Virus record (IMG/VR): IMGVR_UViG_2930666980_000001
Location: 37,758 to 101,757 of that record
DNA length: 64,000 nt
Strand: one strand, 5' to 3'
From: a virus
Taxonomy: Duplodnaviria > Caudoviricetes
Part shown: in pieces, positions 18,548 to 28,330 of the stretch
Layout: the number at the start of each line of letters is the position of its first letter
How positions within the stretch are numbered: position 1 is the first letter of the stretch
Position numbers and translations under genes: made by a program
Notes under the pieces: generated by a model
Databases searched by the model: none
What the model saw: only the letters and a program-made list of their open reading frames with translations
Told to the model about the DNA's origin: nothing

Positions 18548-18632
18548 GTCGAGCTCCTCGCTGGGATGTCGTCCACGGGCCGACGCTAGCAATCGACGGT
18601 ACAAGCTGGTGGCCGTCCGGCAGACTGGCACC

Positions 18633-18893
18633 GTGAAGCTTCCCCGCGTGGAGTGCCCGAAGTGCGAGCGGCCGACGGCTGTTGCTCCGATGGCCGGATC
18701 GCTGACGAAGGGCCGCCTGTGGCGGCACGACGACGCCAACGCGCGCCGGGACGCTGACGGAGACCTCGTGTCCTGTAGCGAGTCGCTGAGCACCGTCGAC
18801 CTGCCGGAGATGGGCCGTCAGATGGAGCTCGACCTCGACGCGGAGAGCGCCGACCCCGCCACCGACGAGGAGCCCGCCCTCGCCCTGTTCTGA
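18633..18893 (+). CDS. Small Zn-ribbon-like protein
   Basis: CPKC..H..C; CAGACT lies 6 nt before GTG, suggesting a leaderless start. Confidence 0.6.
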   Translation: MKLPRVECPKCERPTAVAPMAGSLTKGRLWRHDDANARRDADGDLVSCSESLSTVDLPEMGRQMELDLDAESADPATDEEPALALF

Positions 18894-18900
18894 CGCGCAG

Positions 18901-19107
18901 CTACCGGGGCGAGCCCTCGCCTCTCGTACGGCAGTGGTCGAGCACGGGGCGAGGAACGAACATCGTTCCCTCGGCGACGATCTCGCCGCCGTCCGTGGTC
19001 CGGTAGACCTCCGTGTTGAGCCCGTCCCCCGTCTCGACCTGGACGGCGCGGGCCGGGTGAGGCCGCGTGTCGGGGCGGAGGGCTGCGAGCAGTACGTCAT
19101 GGTCCAC
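18901..19107 (-). CDS. Small hypothetical protein
   Basis: TACAGT -10 box 6 nt before GTG on the minus strand. Confidence 0.5.
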   Translation of the reverse strand: MDHDVLLAALRPDTRPHPARAVQVETGDGLNTEVYRTTDGGEIVAEGTMFVPRPVLDHCRTRGEGSPR

Positions 19108-19432
19108 GTGCCGACTGTAGGCCAACGAGTAGCGGGCCCCCAGGGGACGCGAATCCTGGGGGCCCGCGGGGCCCGGCCGCACTCCGGGCCGGAGGTGCCG
19201 GCAGCTGCAGGGTGTGTGCGCCTGCGCCGCCCGGGCACTGCATCGGCATAGCTGCCCGGCACCTCGCGGCGAGGAGAGTACACGCCCCGGCATCCTGGGA
19301 ATGATCAGAATTGCGGGGCCTCGACCCCCACCCTTGATCAGATTCACGGCAGTTGACCTTGGGATCGACGGAACGCGGTTGCCTTATAGTGCTCCGCCGA
19401 CCACCCACGAAGATCGTCACCAAGGGGCGAAC

Positions 19433-19771
19433 ATGATCACTGCCTGGGAGCTCGCCCTCCTCGCCTTCGCCGGATACCGCGGGACACAGCTCGCCGTCCA
19501 CGACACCATCCTCGACCCCGCCCGCGACCGCATCCACGAGTGGCACGAAGCCCGACCGGAGTCCCGCACGCGGGAGTTCGTCGTCTCGCTGATTTCCTGC
19601 GTCTACTGCATGGGCTGGTGGATCTCCGGCGCCCTCCTCGCCACGTACCTGGTCGCCACCGACCACTGGGCCGGCACGCCCCTCCTGGTCCACGGCATCG
19701 AGTGGCTCGCCGTCGCCGGGGCCGCCGTGATCCTCAACCGGGTGGACGACACCCTCGGACGCCTCGCGTGA
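19433..19771 (+). CDS. DUF1360-like membrane protein
   Basis: YR.T.L..D.I..P.R..LISCVYCMGWW; hydrophobic; usual position upstream of portal. Confidence 0.8.
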   Translation: MITAWELALLAFAGYRGTQLAVHDTILDPARDRIHEWHEARPESRTREFVVSLISCVYCMGWWISGALLATYLVATDHWAGTPLLVHGIEWLAVAGAAVILNRVDDTLGRLA

Positions 19772-21480
19772 CCCGCCGCCCGGAGATCGTCGCCGCGGCC
19801 TCGCGGTACACCCAGCGCAAGCTGCGCCCCCGCGCCGTCGACCAGAGTTGGCAGACGACCGCATGGGGCTTCTACAAGACGACCCCGGAAGTCCGCTTCG
19901 CCGCCCGCTGGACCGGCAACGCCATGTCAGGCGCCCTCCTGTACGCAGGCTTCCGCAACGAGCAGGGCATCATCGAGCGGGCCCCCGACGGCCACCGGGC
20001 GACGGAGATCGTCAACCAGATCGCCGGAGGCCCCGACGGCCAGGCGCAGCTCCTCGGCCGCTTCGGCCCACACCTCACCGTCGCAGGAGAGGGCTGGATC
20101 GTCGTCCGCCCCGTCCTCGACGGCACCAAGACCGCCATCGGCGAGGACTGGCGCGTCCTCTCCGTCCGGGAGGTCCAGCAGCAGAGCAGCAAGCTCGTCG
20201 CCCAGATCGACGGCTTCCCCGTCGAGATCCCCGGCGACCCGGAGAACGGCACCCCCGACCCGAACAGCCCGGTCGCGATCCGCGTATGGGACGAGCACCC
20301 GGAGAACCACCAGGAGGCCGACAGCCCCGTCAGGTCGTCGCTCGGCACCCTCGAGGAGATGCACCTCCTCAACGCCGCCGTGAAGGCCATCGCACGGTCG
20401 CGGCTCACCGGCCGGGGGATCATCCTCGTTCCCAAGGGCACGAGGTTCCCCGGCACCCCGGTCCAGGGCAACGCGGAGGACGACCTGATCGACGTGTTCA
20501 TGGAGGTCGCCGAGACGGCCTACAAGGAACCCGAGAGCGCCGCCGCCACCGTGCCGATCATCCTCGAGGTGCCGGCCGAGATGATCGGCGACATCAAGCG
20601 CCTCACCTTCGAGTCCGATTTCGACAGTCTCGCCAAGGAGCTCCGCGAGGAGTGCATCCGACGCTTCGCCACCGGCCTCGAGATGCCGGCCGAGATCCTC
20701 CTCGGCATGGGCAACGTCAACCACTGGGGCGTCTGGCAGTTGAGCCAGGAGGCCATCCGCCTCGCCATCGAGCCCCGGCTCGGCATCGTCGCCCACGCCT
20801 TCACCACCCAGTGGCTGCGCCCGATCCTCGAGGCCGAGCGCGTCCCGGACTGGCACCGCTGGATGTGCTGGTACGACACGGCGCCCCTCCGCGTCCGCAC
20901 CAACCGGTCCGAGACAGCGATCAAGGTCTTCGAGCTTGGCGCGATCAGCGGCAAGGCCCTGCGCCGAGAGACCGGCTTCGACGAGGACGACGCACCGACC
21001 GCCGCCGAACAGGCAGAGCGCGACCGCACCGACGACGACAACCCCGACGAGGAGGGCCTGCCCGTGGACGAGACGACCAGCGAACCCGACACCCTGCCCG
21101 CCTCCGCCCTCCCCCCGGTCAGCGACGGCCTCCTCGCCGCCACCGACGGCCTGATCTGGGCCGCCCTCTCCGCCGCAGGCCGCAAGCTCGAGCGCACCCC
21201 CGCCTGCCCCCGCAGCGAGCGCGCCCGGGCCCGCGAGGTCGACCCCGCCCAACTCCACACCCTGCTCAGCATCGAGGCGCCGCAGGTCGAGCAATGGCGG
21301 CTCCTCGACGGCGCATGGAACCGCGCCCCGGAGATCGCCAAGCGCTACGGCCTCGACCCGGACTGTCTCACCGAGACCCTCGACGCCTACGCCCGCGAGC
21401 TCATCGCGGCCGGGGTGCCGCACGTGTACGAGACCACTGCCGGCGTCCTCCGCTCCCCATGCCTCCTGGCCGCCGCATGA
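19768..21480 (+). CDS. Portal protein
   Basis: WQ..AW.FY..PEVRFA, EADSPVR, ARSRL.G.GI, AATVPII, NHW..W; cluster-B-like portal at the expected position. Confidence 0.85.
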   Translation: MTRRPEIVAAASRYTQRKLRPRAVDQSWQTTAWGFYKTTPEVRFAARWTGNAMSGALLYAGFRNEQGIIERAPDGHRATEIVNQIAGGPDGQAQLLGRFGPHLTVAGEGWIVVRPVLDGTKTAIGEDWRVLSVREVQQQSSKLVAQIDGFPVEIPGDPENGTPDPNSPVAIRVWDEHPENHQEADSPVRSSLGTLEEMHLLNAAVKAIARSRLTGRGIILVPKGTRFPGTPVQGNAEDDLIDVFMEVAETAYKEPESAAATVPIILEVPAEMIGDIKRLTFESDFDSLAKELREECIRRFATGLEMPAEILLGMGNVNHWGVWQLSQEAIRLAIEPRLGIVAHAFTTQWLRPILEAERVPDWHRWMCWYDTAPLRVRTNRSETAIKVFELGAISGKALRRETGFDEDDAPTAAEQAERDRTDDDNPDEEGLPVDETTSEPDTLPASALPPVSDGLLAATDGLIWAALSAAGRKLERTPACPRSERARAREVDPAQLHTLLSIEAPQVEQWRLLDGAWNRAPEIAKRYGLDPDCLTETLDAYARELIAAGVPHVYETTAGVLRSPCLLAAA

Positions 21481-21710
21481 GCCCCGACCCCGGTCGCGCC
21501 CCGGCCGTCGACGAGCAGCCCGCCCCCCTCGCCGCGGGCGACGTACACGCCGACTGGTGCCCGGTCTGCAAGGCCTGGACGGTCCTGGCCGGCATGACGC
21601 TCCTCCTCACCGCGGCCGGTGTCTCCCAGGTCGGGACCTTCTCCTGGTGCGAGGTCTGCGATGACCCCGCTTTCCAGGCCGACCAGGGAGGGCGCACCGA
21701 TGGCCGCTGA
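21477..21710 (+). CDS. Small Cys4 Zn-ribbon protein
   Basis: WCPVCK..WCEVCD; ATGA coupling. Confidence 0.6.
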   Translation: MSPDPGRAPAVDEQPAPLAAGDVHADWCPVCKAWTVLAGMTLLLTAAGVSQVGTFSWCEVCDDPAFQADQGGRTDGR

Positions 21711-21924
21711 CGCCGCCGAGGAGTGGCCGCCCGCCCCGCAGCTGACTGCGACGCATGACCTCCTGTGTGCCGCCTGCAAGGAGCTGACGCTCAGCGTCGT
21801 CACCGTCACCGTCCCCACCGGCCAGGGTGCCAGGCCAATCGGAGGGTGGGCCTGCTGCATGAACGTGGAGTGCCGGGCCACCCCTCACCCAACGATGAAG
21901 GAGCCCGACCATGGCGGTAGCTGA
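21700..21924 (+). CDS. Small Cys-rich protein
   Basis: GGAGG SD; LCAACK..CCMNVEC. Confidence 0.55.
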   Translation: MAADAAEEWPPAPQLTATHDLLCAACKELTLSVVTVTVPTGQGARPIGGWACCMNVECRATPHPTMKEPDHGGS

Positions 21925-24900
21925 CGAGCTCGAGGACCAGCTGCAGCGCGCAGAGGTCGATGTCGCCAAGGAGGTCGCGGCCGTCCTCGCGGAGGTCGCC
22001 CTCGAGTTCGCGGCCGAGCTCGAGGCCGCCGACGAGATCGTGGCCGCTCGGTTCTCCGTGTCCCGGATCGCCCGCATGTGGACGTCCCGCATGCCCCGGG
22101 TGGTGCGCCGCCTGCTGCGCGTCGCCGAGACGGCCGCGGAGAACACCGCCGACACCGTCGAGCTCCCCCTCCCCGACGGGTGGGACGACCTCCCCGGCCG
22201 GTACGACGACGACCGGGAACTCCCCCTGGGCATCGGCCAGTACGTCGAGACGACCGAACACCTCCTGCGCGCGGTGGGGGACCGGGTCTCTGACGCTGCG
22301 GTGCGGGAGCTCGCTGCCGGCATGGACGAGGGCGAGACCATCGACCAGCTCCGCGCCCGCCTCCGGGCCGCCTTCCGGCGGGAAGGGGCGCAGCTCGGTA
22401 CCGCCCGTGAGGACCGCATCGCGATCACGGAGGCCGGGCGCGCCTGGAACACGGCGACGCTCGCCGCCGCCCAGGCCCTCACCGGCCCGGACCGGCCGCT
22501 CGTCAAGCAGTGGCTCACCCGCCGTGACACCCGTGTCCGGGACGCCCATGCCGACGTGAACGGGCAGCTCCGCCTCCTCGACGAGCCGTTCACCGTTGCC
22601 GGGGTCGAGATGGCGGCCCCCCTCGACCCGACCGCGCCGCCCGCCCTGGTCGTCAACTGCCGCTGTGTGCTGGCCGTCGCGACCGCAGACCGCACCGCCG
22701 CCTACGAATCTCAGACGCCCGCCCGAGACGCGGCTAAGAATCGACGGAAGGATCCCGGTGTGCCCGACCTTGTGACGGCTGCGGCCGACGCCGACCACCA
22801 CACGGGCGCCATGATCGCGCTCGTCCCCACCCAGGAGGACGCCGAACGCCTTGCGATCGACGGCGGCGAGGCGGCCGACGAGCTCCACCTGACCCTGTAC
22901 TTCCTCGGCGAGGGCGCCGACTGGTCGACCGACCAGCGCAACGAGCTGATCGACCTCGTCCGGTCCCGCGCGGAGGACCTCGAGCCCATCACCGCCCGGG
23001 CGTTCGGGGCGAACCACTGGAACGCCGGCAGCGACTCGCCCAGCTGGGTGTGGGCCGTCGGCGACGACCGCGACCGCCCCCAGGACTCCCCGACGCTCGA
23101 GACCGCCCACTACGCGGCGACGTACGCCCTCGAGGACCGGCACGGCCCGGACATCCCCGTACAGCACTCCCCATGGTCGCCCCACGTCTGCGCGGTCTAC
23201 AGCGGCGAGACGTGGCCGCTCGAGCTCCTCCTCGAGCAGCTCGGCCCGATCACCTTCGACCGGATCCGCCTCGCCTTCGAGGGCGAGGTCACGGACATCC
23301 CCCTCGGCACCACGGAGGAATCCATGGACACCACCGACGACGAGAGGACGGCGGCCGGCATGCAGACACGAGCCTGGTCCACCCCTGATGAAACCGCCCT
23401 GGCCTTCGAGGACCAGGAGACCGGCGACGGCCGCGTGTTCGCCCCCGGTGCCCTGTTCTGGGAGGGCGGGCCCTGGCCGCTCCAGTACGCCGACGAGATG
23501 CTGATGGGCCACCAGGGCGCGGAGCTCGCCGGGGCCATCGAGACCATCGACCGGCAGGGCGGCCGGATCGCCGGGAGCGGCGTCATCTACGCCGACCGCG
23601 CCGCCGGAGCCGACGCCATCCAGTTCCTCGACGAGAAGGCCCCCCTGGGCGTCTCCGTCGACCTCGACGACGTCGATATCGAGTTCGTCGACAAGACCAT
23701 GTCGCCCGAGGACGCCGAGATGTACGGGCTGGTCGCCTCGCTGTCCTCGCTGAGCGTGCTGCGCCTCGAGGACGGGGCGCTCATGCTCACCGCGAGCAGC
23801 GCCCCGGTATGGACGGCCTCCGGGACGGCGATGGCCCGCAACCAGCACTCCGTGCAGTTCATCACCGGCCCCGGAGGCCGGATCAGCCGCGAGGCCCTGC
23901 GCACAGCGTTCGCCGGCACGACGTTCCTCACCGCCGCGGCCGGTGACCGCGACGACCCGGACAGCGGCGTCGTCGTCCACTCGGAGAGCGCGGGCGACCT
24001 CCTCGTCCGGATCACCCGGGCCCGGATGCGCGGCGCGACCCTCGTCGCCATGCCCGCCTACTCCAATGCCCGGATCGTCCTGGACCCGGTCGACGACGAG
24101 GGCCAGGAGGAGACGGCCGCCGCAGGGGTCCAGACGGCCGCAGGAGTCTCTGACACGCACCGCCGGGTCGTCGCGTACGTCCGGGCCTCCCCGATCGCCG
24201 TGGGGGCCCGTGAGGTCGGTAAGGCCCTCGGCCTGCGCACCGACACCGTCCGCGGCCACCTGTCCCGCGCCGTCGCTGCCGGCACCCTCGTCCGCCTGGC
24301 ACCCGGCCAGTTCGTGGGGGCGTCGACGATGCCGGAGGGCGCACCGCTCGAGACCCTCGCCGAAGACGACACCGGTGAGCTCACGGAGCTCGAGGCCTCC
24401 GCCTGGACCGCGATGCGCGACACCGACCCGATGCCGGCAGGCTGGTTCCAGGAGCCGACCGACGAGGAACTCCCCCCAGGGAGCGGCGGCGTGCACTACA
24501 GCGGCGGCCGGATCTTCGGCTGGGTCGCCCAGGCAGGGGAGCCGCACGCCGGTTACCCGGGCAGGCAGCTGACGATCGAGTCGCTCGGCGACATCGACAC
24601 CTCCCACTTCCTGCGCGCCCGCTTCCAGCTCGACGACGGCAGCATGGTCAAGGCCGGTGCCTTCACCATGAACGCCCCTCACCACAGGGACGGCGCGGAG
24701 TGTGAGAGCGCGGCGTGCCAGTTCGATGACACGAGGACCGTGGCCGGCATCGTCACCGTCGGCATGAACGCCCGGGGCATGTGGTTCTCCGGCGCGGCGT
24801 CCCCGTGGCTCTCGGAGTGGGACCGCCGGGTGTTCTCCGCCTGCCAGCCCAGCTACCACATGAAGCAGGGCGCCGGGTCCCGCTGGCAGCTCCGCGCCGT

Positions 24901-25267
24901 CCTGTCCGTACCCGTGCCCGGACACTCGTCCCCGCTCCTCGCGACGGCGGTCGCCGAGCGCTCCAACCTCGCACTGGCCGCGTCCGCGTCCGCCGTCCTG
25001 ACCAGCCCGGACACCATGCCCGGATACCAGGCGGACACGTCCGGGCAGCCGGTGCCCGGACAGTCCGCGGACACGTCCGGACTCCTCGCCGCGCTCACCG
25101 CCGACCCGGCCACCCTGGACGCCCTCCTGACGCTCCTGCAGCAGCGGGAGAGCGACCAGCAGGCCGCCCGTAAGGCGGAGGTCGAGCAGCTCAGCGCAGC
25201 CGTCGCAGCCGCCGCCACCGTCCCCCCGCCGCTCGTCGCGGCAGCCCCTCAGAACGGAGACCAGTGA
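21911..25267 (+). CDS. MuF minor head protein / 2H phosphoesterase / prohead protease-scaffold fusion with internal wHTH
   Basis: MuF KQWL.R.D.RVR.AH..VNCRC; 2H HLTL and PHVC; protease ETGDGRVF..GH.GA..GVSVDLDD..GATLVAMPAY. Confidence 0.85.
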   Translation: MAVADELEDQLQRAEVDVAKEVAAVLAEVALEFAAELEAADEIVAARFSVSRIARMWTSRMPRVVRRLLRVAETAAENTADTVELPLPDGWDDLPGRYDDDRELPLGIGQYVETTEHLLRAVGDRVSDAAVRELAAGMDEGETIDQLRARLRAAFRREGAQLGTAREDRIAITEAGRAWNTATLAAAQALTGPDRPLVKQWLTRRDTRVRDAHADVNGQLRLLDEPFTVAGVEMAAPLDPTAPPALVVNCRCVLAVATADRTAAYESQTPARDAAKNRRKDPGVPDLVTAAADADHHTGAMIALVPTQEDAERLAIDGGEAADELHLTLYFLGEGADWSTDQRNELIDLVRSRAEDLEPITARAFGANHWNAGSDSPSWVWAVGDDRDRPQDSPTLETAHYAATYALEDRHGPDIPVQHSPWSPHVCAVYSGETWPLELLLEQLGPITFDRIRLAFEGEVTDIPLGTTEESMDTTDDERTAAGMQTRAWSTPDETALAFEDQETGDGRVFAPGALFWEGGPWPLQYADEMLMGHQGAELAGAIETIDRQGGRIAGSGVIYADRAAGADAIQFLDEKAPLGVSVDLDDVDIEFVDKTMSPEDAEMYGLVASLSSLSVLRLEDGALMLTASSAPVWTASGTAMARNQHSVQFITGPGGRISREALRTAFAGTTFLTAAAGDRDDPDSGVVVHSESAGDLLVRITRARMRGATLVAMPAYSNARIVLDPVDDEGQEETAAAGVQTAAGVSDTHRRVVAYVRASPIAVGAREVGKALGLRTDTVRGHLSRAVAAGTLVRLAPGQFVGASTMPEGAPLETLAEDDTGELTELEASAWTAMRDTDPMPAGWFQEPTDEELPPGSGGVHYSGGRIFGWVAQAGEPHAGYPGRQLTIESLGDIDTSHFLRARFQLDDGSMVKAGAFTMNAPHHRDGAECESAACQFDDTRTVAGIVTVGMNARGMWFSGAASPWLSEWDRRVFSACQPSYHMKQGAGSRWQLRAVLSVPVPGHSSPLLATAVAERSNLALAASASAVLTSPDTMPGYQADTSGQPVPGQSADTSGLLAALTADPATLDALLTLLQQRESDQQAARKAEVEQLSAAVAAAATVPPPLVAAAPQNGDQ
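25005..25085. repeat. CGGACA/TGTCCG site cluster 3 (intragenic)
   Basis: Two GCGGACACGTCCGG copies plus CCCGGACA copies inside the 3' end of the fusion gene. Confidence 0.7.
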
Positions 25268-25440
25268 TGCCCTGCTCCTGCCAGTCCAAGCGCCAGCAGT
25301 ACGAGGTGGTGACCGCGGCCGGGAAGGTCGTGTTCACCTCCGCCAACAAGGCGACCGCCGACACCGTCGCCAAGCGCTACGAGAACAGCGAGGTCCGGGA
25401 GAAGGCCAAGACTGGAGCAGCGGCCAAGGCCGCCACCTGA
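25267..25440 (+). CDS. Small basic protein (MPCSCQ...)
   Basis: TGATG coupling; CxC N-terminus; typical small gene before cluster-B-like capsid genes. Confidence 0.7.
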   Translation: MPCSCQSKRQQYEVVTAAGKVVFTSANKATADTVAKRYENSEVREKAKTGAAAKAAT

Positions 25441-25481
25441 CCCCCCGGTAACGACACCGCACCGCCGCGGCGCCGACTAGC

Positions 25482-25547
25482 TATGCTGGTCGGCGTCGCT
25501 GCTGGTGTGCTAGGCCGGGCGACGTCGCCGCTGGTGCTAGGCCGGGC
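25482..25547 (+). promoter_or_regulatory. -10 box plus two tandem leader hairpin motifs (copies 2 and 3)
   Basis: TATGCT (25482-25487), then CGTCGCTGCTGGTGTGCTAGGCCGGGCGACG and CGCCGCTGGTGCTAGGCCGGGC. Confidence 0.8.
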
Positions 25548-25577
25548 TCCAAGTTCTTTTCCGCTGGAGCGCCCACC

Positions 25578-27236
25578 ATGGCCGACTTCGAACTCCCCGA
25601 GAACATCGCCGCCCTGAACGACGACGAGCTCACCGAGCTCCTCGACGGCGCGACCAAAGAGTTCAACAGCAAGAGCACCAGCAGCGTCGTCACCCCCAAG
25701 GACATCGAGCAGCTCCGCGCGCTCGCCAAGGGCGTCGAGGACATCCGCACCGAGCAGGCCGCCCGTGTCGAGGCCGCCACCCAGGCCGCTGCCGAGATCG
25801 ACGCCCTCGCCGCCCAGGTCCGTGGCAACACCGCCGACGACCCGGCGGCCGAGCCGACCGGCGAAGAGACCACCGCCGCGGCGGAGACCGCCCCGGCCGC
25901 CGAGCCTGCCGAGCCCGCTCCCGTTCAGGAGCCGGAGCAGCAGGCGACCGCCTCCGCGATGGTCGCGACCCGCCCGGCCCTGAACCTCTCCGGTATCCGG
26001 CGCCGTCAGCCGAACGTCCTCCCGGCGGCCCCGGCCCCGGGCACGACGATCACGGCGGCCGTCGACGTCCCCGGCTACGCCCCCGGCTCTCCGCTCGACT
26101 TCGGCGACATCACTGCCGGCATCATCAGCCGCGCCAACGCCCTCAAGACCGCGGGGGGCGGGGTCGGCCAGGTGATCAGCTACCGGCACCCGTACCCGGA
26201 AGACATGATCGTCACCGACTCCTCGTCGGCCCCGGAGGGGACCACGGTCGCGCTCCAGGCCTCGAGCCAGCGGCGTCTCCCGGAGAAGGACCTCGTGGCG
26301 TCCGGCGGCTGGTGTGCCCCGTCCGAGACGATCTACGAGCTCACCGACACGGCGTGCCCGGACATGCTCTGGGACGCCCCGGAGATCCAGCTCGCCCGCG
26401 GTGGCCTGCGCTACTACAAGCCGCTGTCCCTGGACGTCGCCGCCATGTCGTGGGTGCACACGGAGGCCGACGACATCAGCGGCGCCGAAAAGCCGTGCTT
26501 CAAGGTGCCCTGCCCGGCCCCGGTCGAGGTCCGCTGTGACGCCGTCGGTGTCTGCCTCGAGGCCGGCATCCTGACGCAGCGCCATTTCCCGGAGCTCGTC
26601 GCCTGGTACCTCCGCAACGCCATGGTCGCCCACGAGATGAGGATCAGGCAGGTCCTGTTCCAGCAGGCCCTGAACCTGGCCACCCCGGTCGTCCTGCCGG
26701 CGTCGATGGGTGCCCTGTCCGCCGTGTACGCGGCCGTTGCCCTCCAGGCCGCCGACATGATCGAGCGCCACTCGCTGTGTGAGACGACCGCCCTTGAGGT
26801 CGTGTTCCCCTGGTGGGCAAGGAACCTCTTCCTCACCGACCTCGCGCGCCGCAACGGCGTCACCGTCGACCAGGTCACCGACGCCAACATCCAGGCCCTG
26901 TTCAGCCCCCTCGGCGTCCGCATCCAGTGGGCGCGCGGCCTCAACCCGGCCGTCCCGACGGACATCGGCGCCGCCACCCCGGCCCTCGACTGGCCCGCCA
27001 CCATGAACTTCCTGATCTACCCGGCCGGTGGCCTCCAGATCGGCCGCGGCGAAGAGGTCAACCTGGGAGTTGTTCATGATTCTACGAAGTTCGTGACCAA
27101 CGACTACACGGCCCTCTTCGCCGAAGAATGCGTGGCACTCGTCGATAGGTCCATCGACACGCGCGTGGTGACCGTGCCTGTCTGCCCGACCGGCGAGACC
27201 GGCGGTCAGACCGTCCTCGCCTGCCCCATCGCCTGA
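25578..27236 (+). CDS. Major capsid (hexamer) protein with N-terminal scaffold-like region
   Basis: LVASGGWCAPSET.Y, RGGL.Y, KPC..VPC, FPELV, DST...NDY..LF.EE. Confidence 0.9.
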   Translation: MADFELPENIAALNDDELTELLDGATKEFNSKSTSSVVTPKDIEQLRALAKGVEDIRTEQAARVEAATQAAAEIDALAAQVRGNTADDPAAEPTGEETTAAAETAPAAEPAEPAPVQEPEQQATASAMVATRPALNLSGIRRRQPNVLPAAPAPGTTITAAVDVPGYAPGSPLDFGDITAGIISRANALKTAGGGVGQVISYRHPYPEDMIVTDSSSAPEGTTVALQASSQRRLPEKDLVASGGWCAPSETIYELTDTACPDMLWDAPEIQLARGGLRYYKPLSLDVAAMSWVHTEADDISGAEKPCFKVPCPAPVEVRCDAVGVCLEAGILTQRHFPELVAWYLRNAMVAHEMRIRQVLFQQALNLATPVVLPASMGALSAVYAAVALQAADMIERHSLCETTALEVVFPWWARNLFLTDLARRNGVTVDQVTDANIQALFSPLGVRIQWARGLNPAVPTDIGAATPALDWPATMNFLIYPAGGLQIGRGEEVNLGVVHDSTKFVTNDYTALFAEECVALVDRSIDTRVVTVPVCPTGETGGQTVLACPIA

Positions 27237-27256
27237 CCTCGCCCCCGCCCCGAGAT

Positions 27257-27295
27257 GCGGACGGGCCCGGTGACCTGAACACCGGGCCCGTCCGT
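27257..27295. terminator. Stem-loop between the convergent capsid and HNH genes
   Basis: CGGACGGGCCCGGTG / CACCGGGCCCGTCCG inverted repeat. Confidence 0.75.
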
Positions 27296-27328
27296 CCCCA
27301 CCGAGGAGGTGAGGCAGTGCTGAGCGCT

Positions 27329-28204
27329 CTACAGGACGTGCGCCCAGGTACGGCGGCGCACGACGTCGCGGATCGACTGAGGCTTCACCCCGAACTCAGC
27401 TGCGAGCGCGGCGATGTTGCCCTCGTGTTGGTTGTTCCCAGGGATGTACCGGGCTCGGATCTCTCGCACCCTCGCCGGGGTGAGGCGGGACCGCCCGTTA
27501 CTCACGCCGCGAGCGCCGCGCCCCTTGGTGTCCCGGTCCCGACTGTTGTCCTCGGCCGTCCCCTCCCACAGGTGCGAGGGCTCAACGCACGGCGGGTTGT
27601 CGCAGGTGTGGCACGCGTGCATCGCCGGGAGGATGGGGCGTCCCAAGGTGTGGGCGAGGACCAGACGAGTCACCCGCTGCGTCCGCTGGTCGCCCGCGAT
27701 GGTGGTGATGGCGTAGCCATCCCTGTTCGGTGCGAAGACTCCCCGACTGCTGCGGCAGCCGGTCACCGGGTCGGGCGCGATGGTGAGTACGAGGGCGATC
27801 AGGTCGTCCAGAGTGCGGCTGTACCGGTAGCGGCGGCCCGTCGGGTCGGCGTCCCCGTTACGGCGGCTCCAGGCGTAGCACGTCACGCACCAGCCGAGCC
27901 GGGTAGCGACGTCCTCGCACCACTCGACCGCGCACGTCTTTCCCTTGTTCGCCTGGTGGAACGGACGGCCCGCCGGGTCGTTGCCACGCTGCGCCCGCTG
28001 GTAGCAGCGGTCACACAGGTCTGTGCTGCCGGCACGGGCGCGGCGCCCGCACTTCGCCGTCGAGCACTCCGGGCGACTCGTGTCGTTGCGGCGGCGCCAC
28101 TGGTAGCAGTACCGGATGTGGGCACCGCTCTTGAGCCGGTTGTCAGGCTCCGCCGGTTTGGCGCAGACCTCGCAGTCGTCAGCGGGTGTCGTAATGTCGG
28201 CCAT
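27329..28204 (-). CDS. Free-standing HNH homing endonuclease with Zn-binding repeats and C-terminal HTH
   Basis: ACHTCDNPPCVEPSHLWEGTAEDNSRD; repeated C..C..LC..CY units; AAGGAG SD. Confidence 0.88.
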   Translation of the reverse strand: MADITTPADDCEVCAKPAEPDNRLKSGAHIRYCYQWRRRNDTSRPECSTAKCGRRARAGSTDLCDRCYQRAQRGNDPAGRPFHQANKGKTCAVEWCEDVATRLGWCVTCYAWSRRNGDADPTGRRYRYSRTLDDLIALVLTIAPDPVTGCRSSRGVFAPNRDGYAITTIAGDQRTQRVTRLVLAHTLGRPILPAMHACHTCDNPPCVEPSHLWEGTAEDNSRDRDTKGRGARGVSNGRSRLTPARVREIRARYIPGNNQHEGNIAALAAEFGVKPQSIRDVVRRRTWAHVL

Positions 28205-28330
28205 GGCCGTACTCCTTCTAGTCAAGGGGTCGGTCAGGGTCGGCGGCGTGTGCTGCGCCGTCGGCCCCCTCACCAGGTGGAACGTCCAGTAACTATCGGG
28301 CGGTTCCGCCTGGTTGGGGTGATTTAAGAG

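Noticed and set aside
19353-19390. TTGACC/TATAGT promoter before the portal operon
   Set aside because: The 26-nt spacing is too long; only the -10 box is plausible
27237-28330. Group I intron or intein carrying the HNH genes
   Set aside because: Both HNH genes lie between intact genes on the opposite strand; no split exon or intein splice motifs were seen
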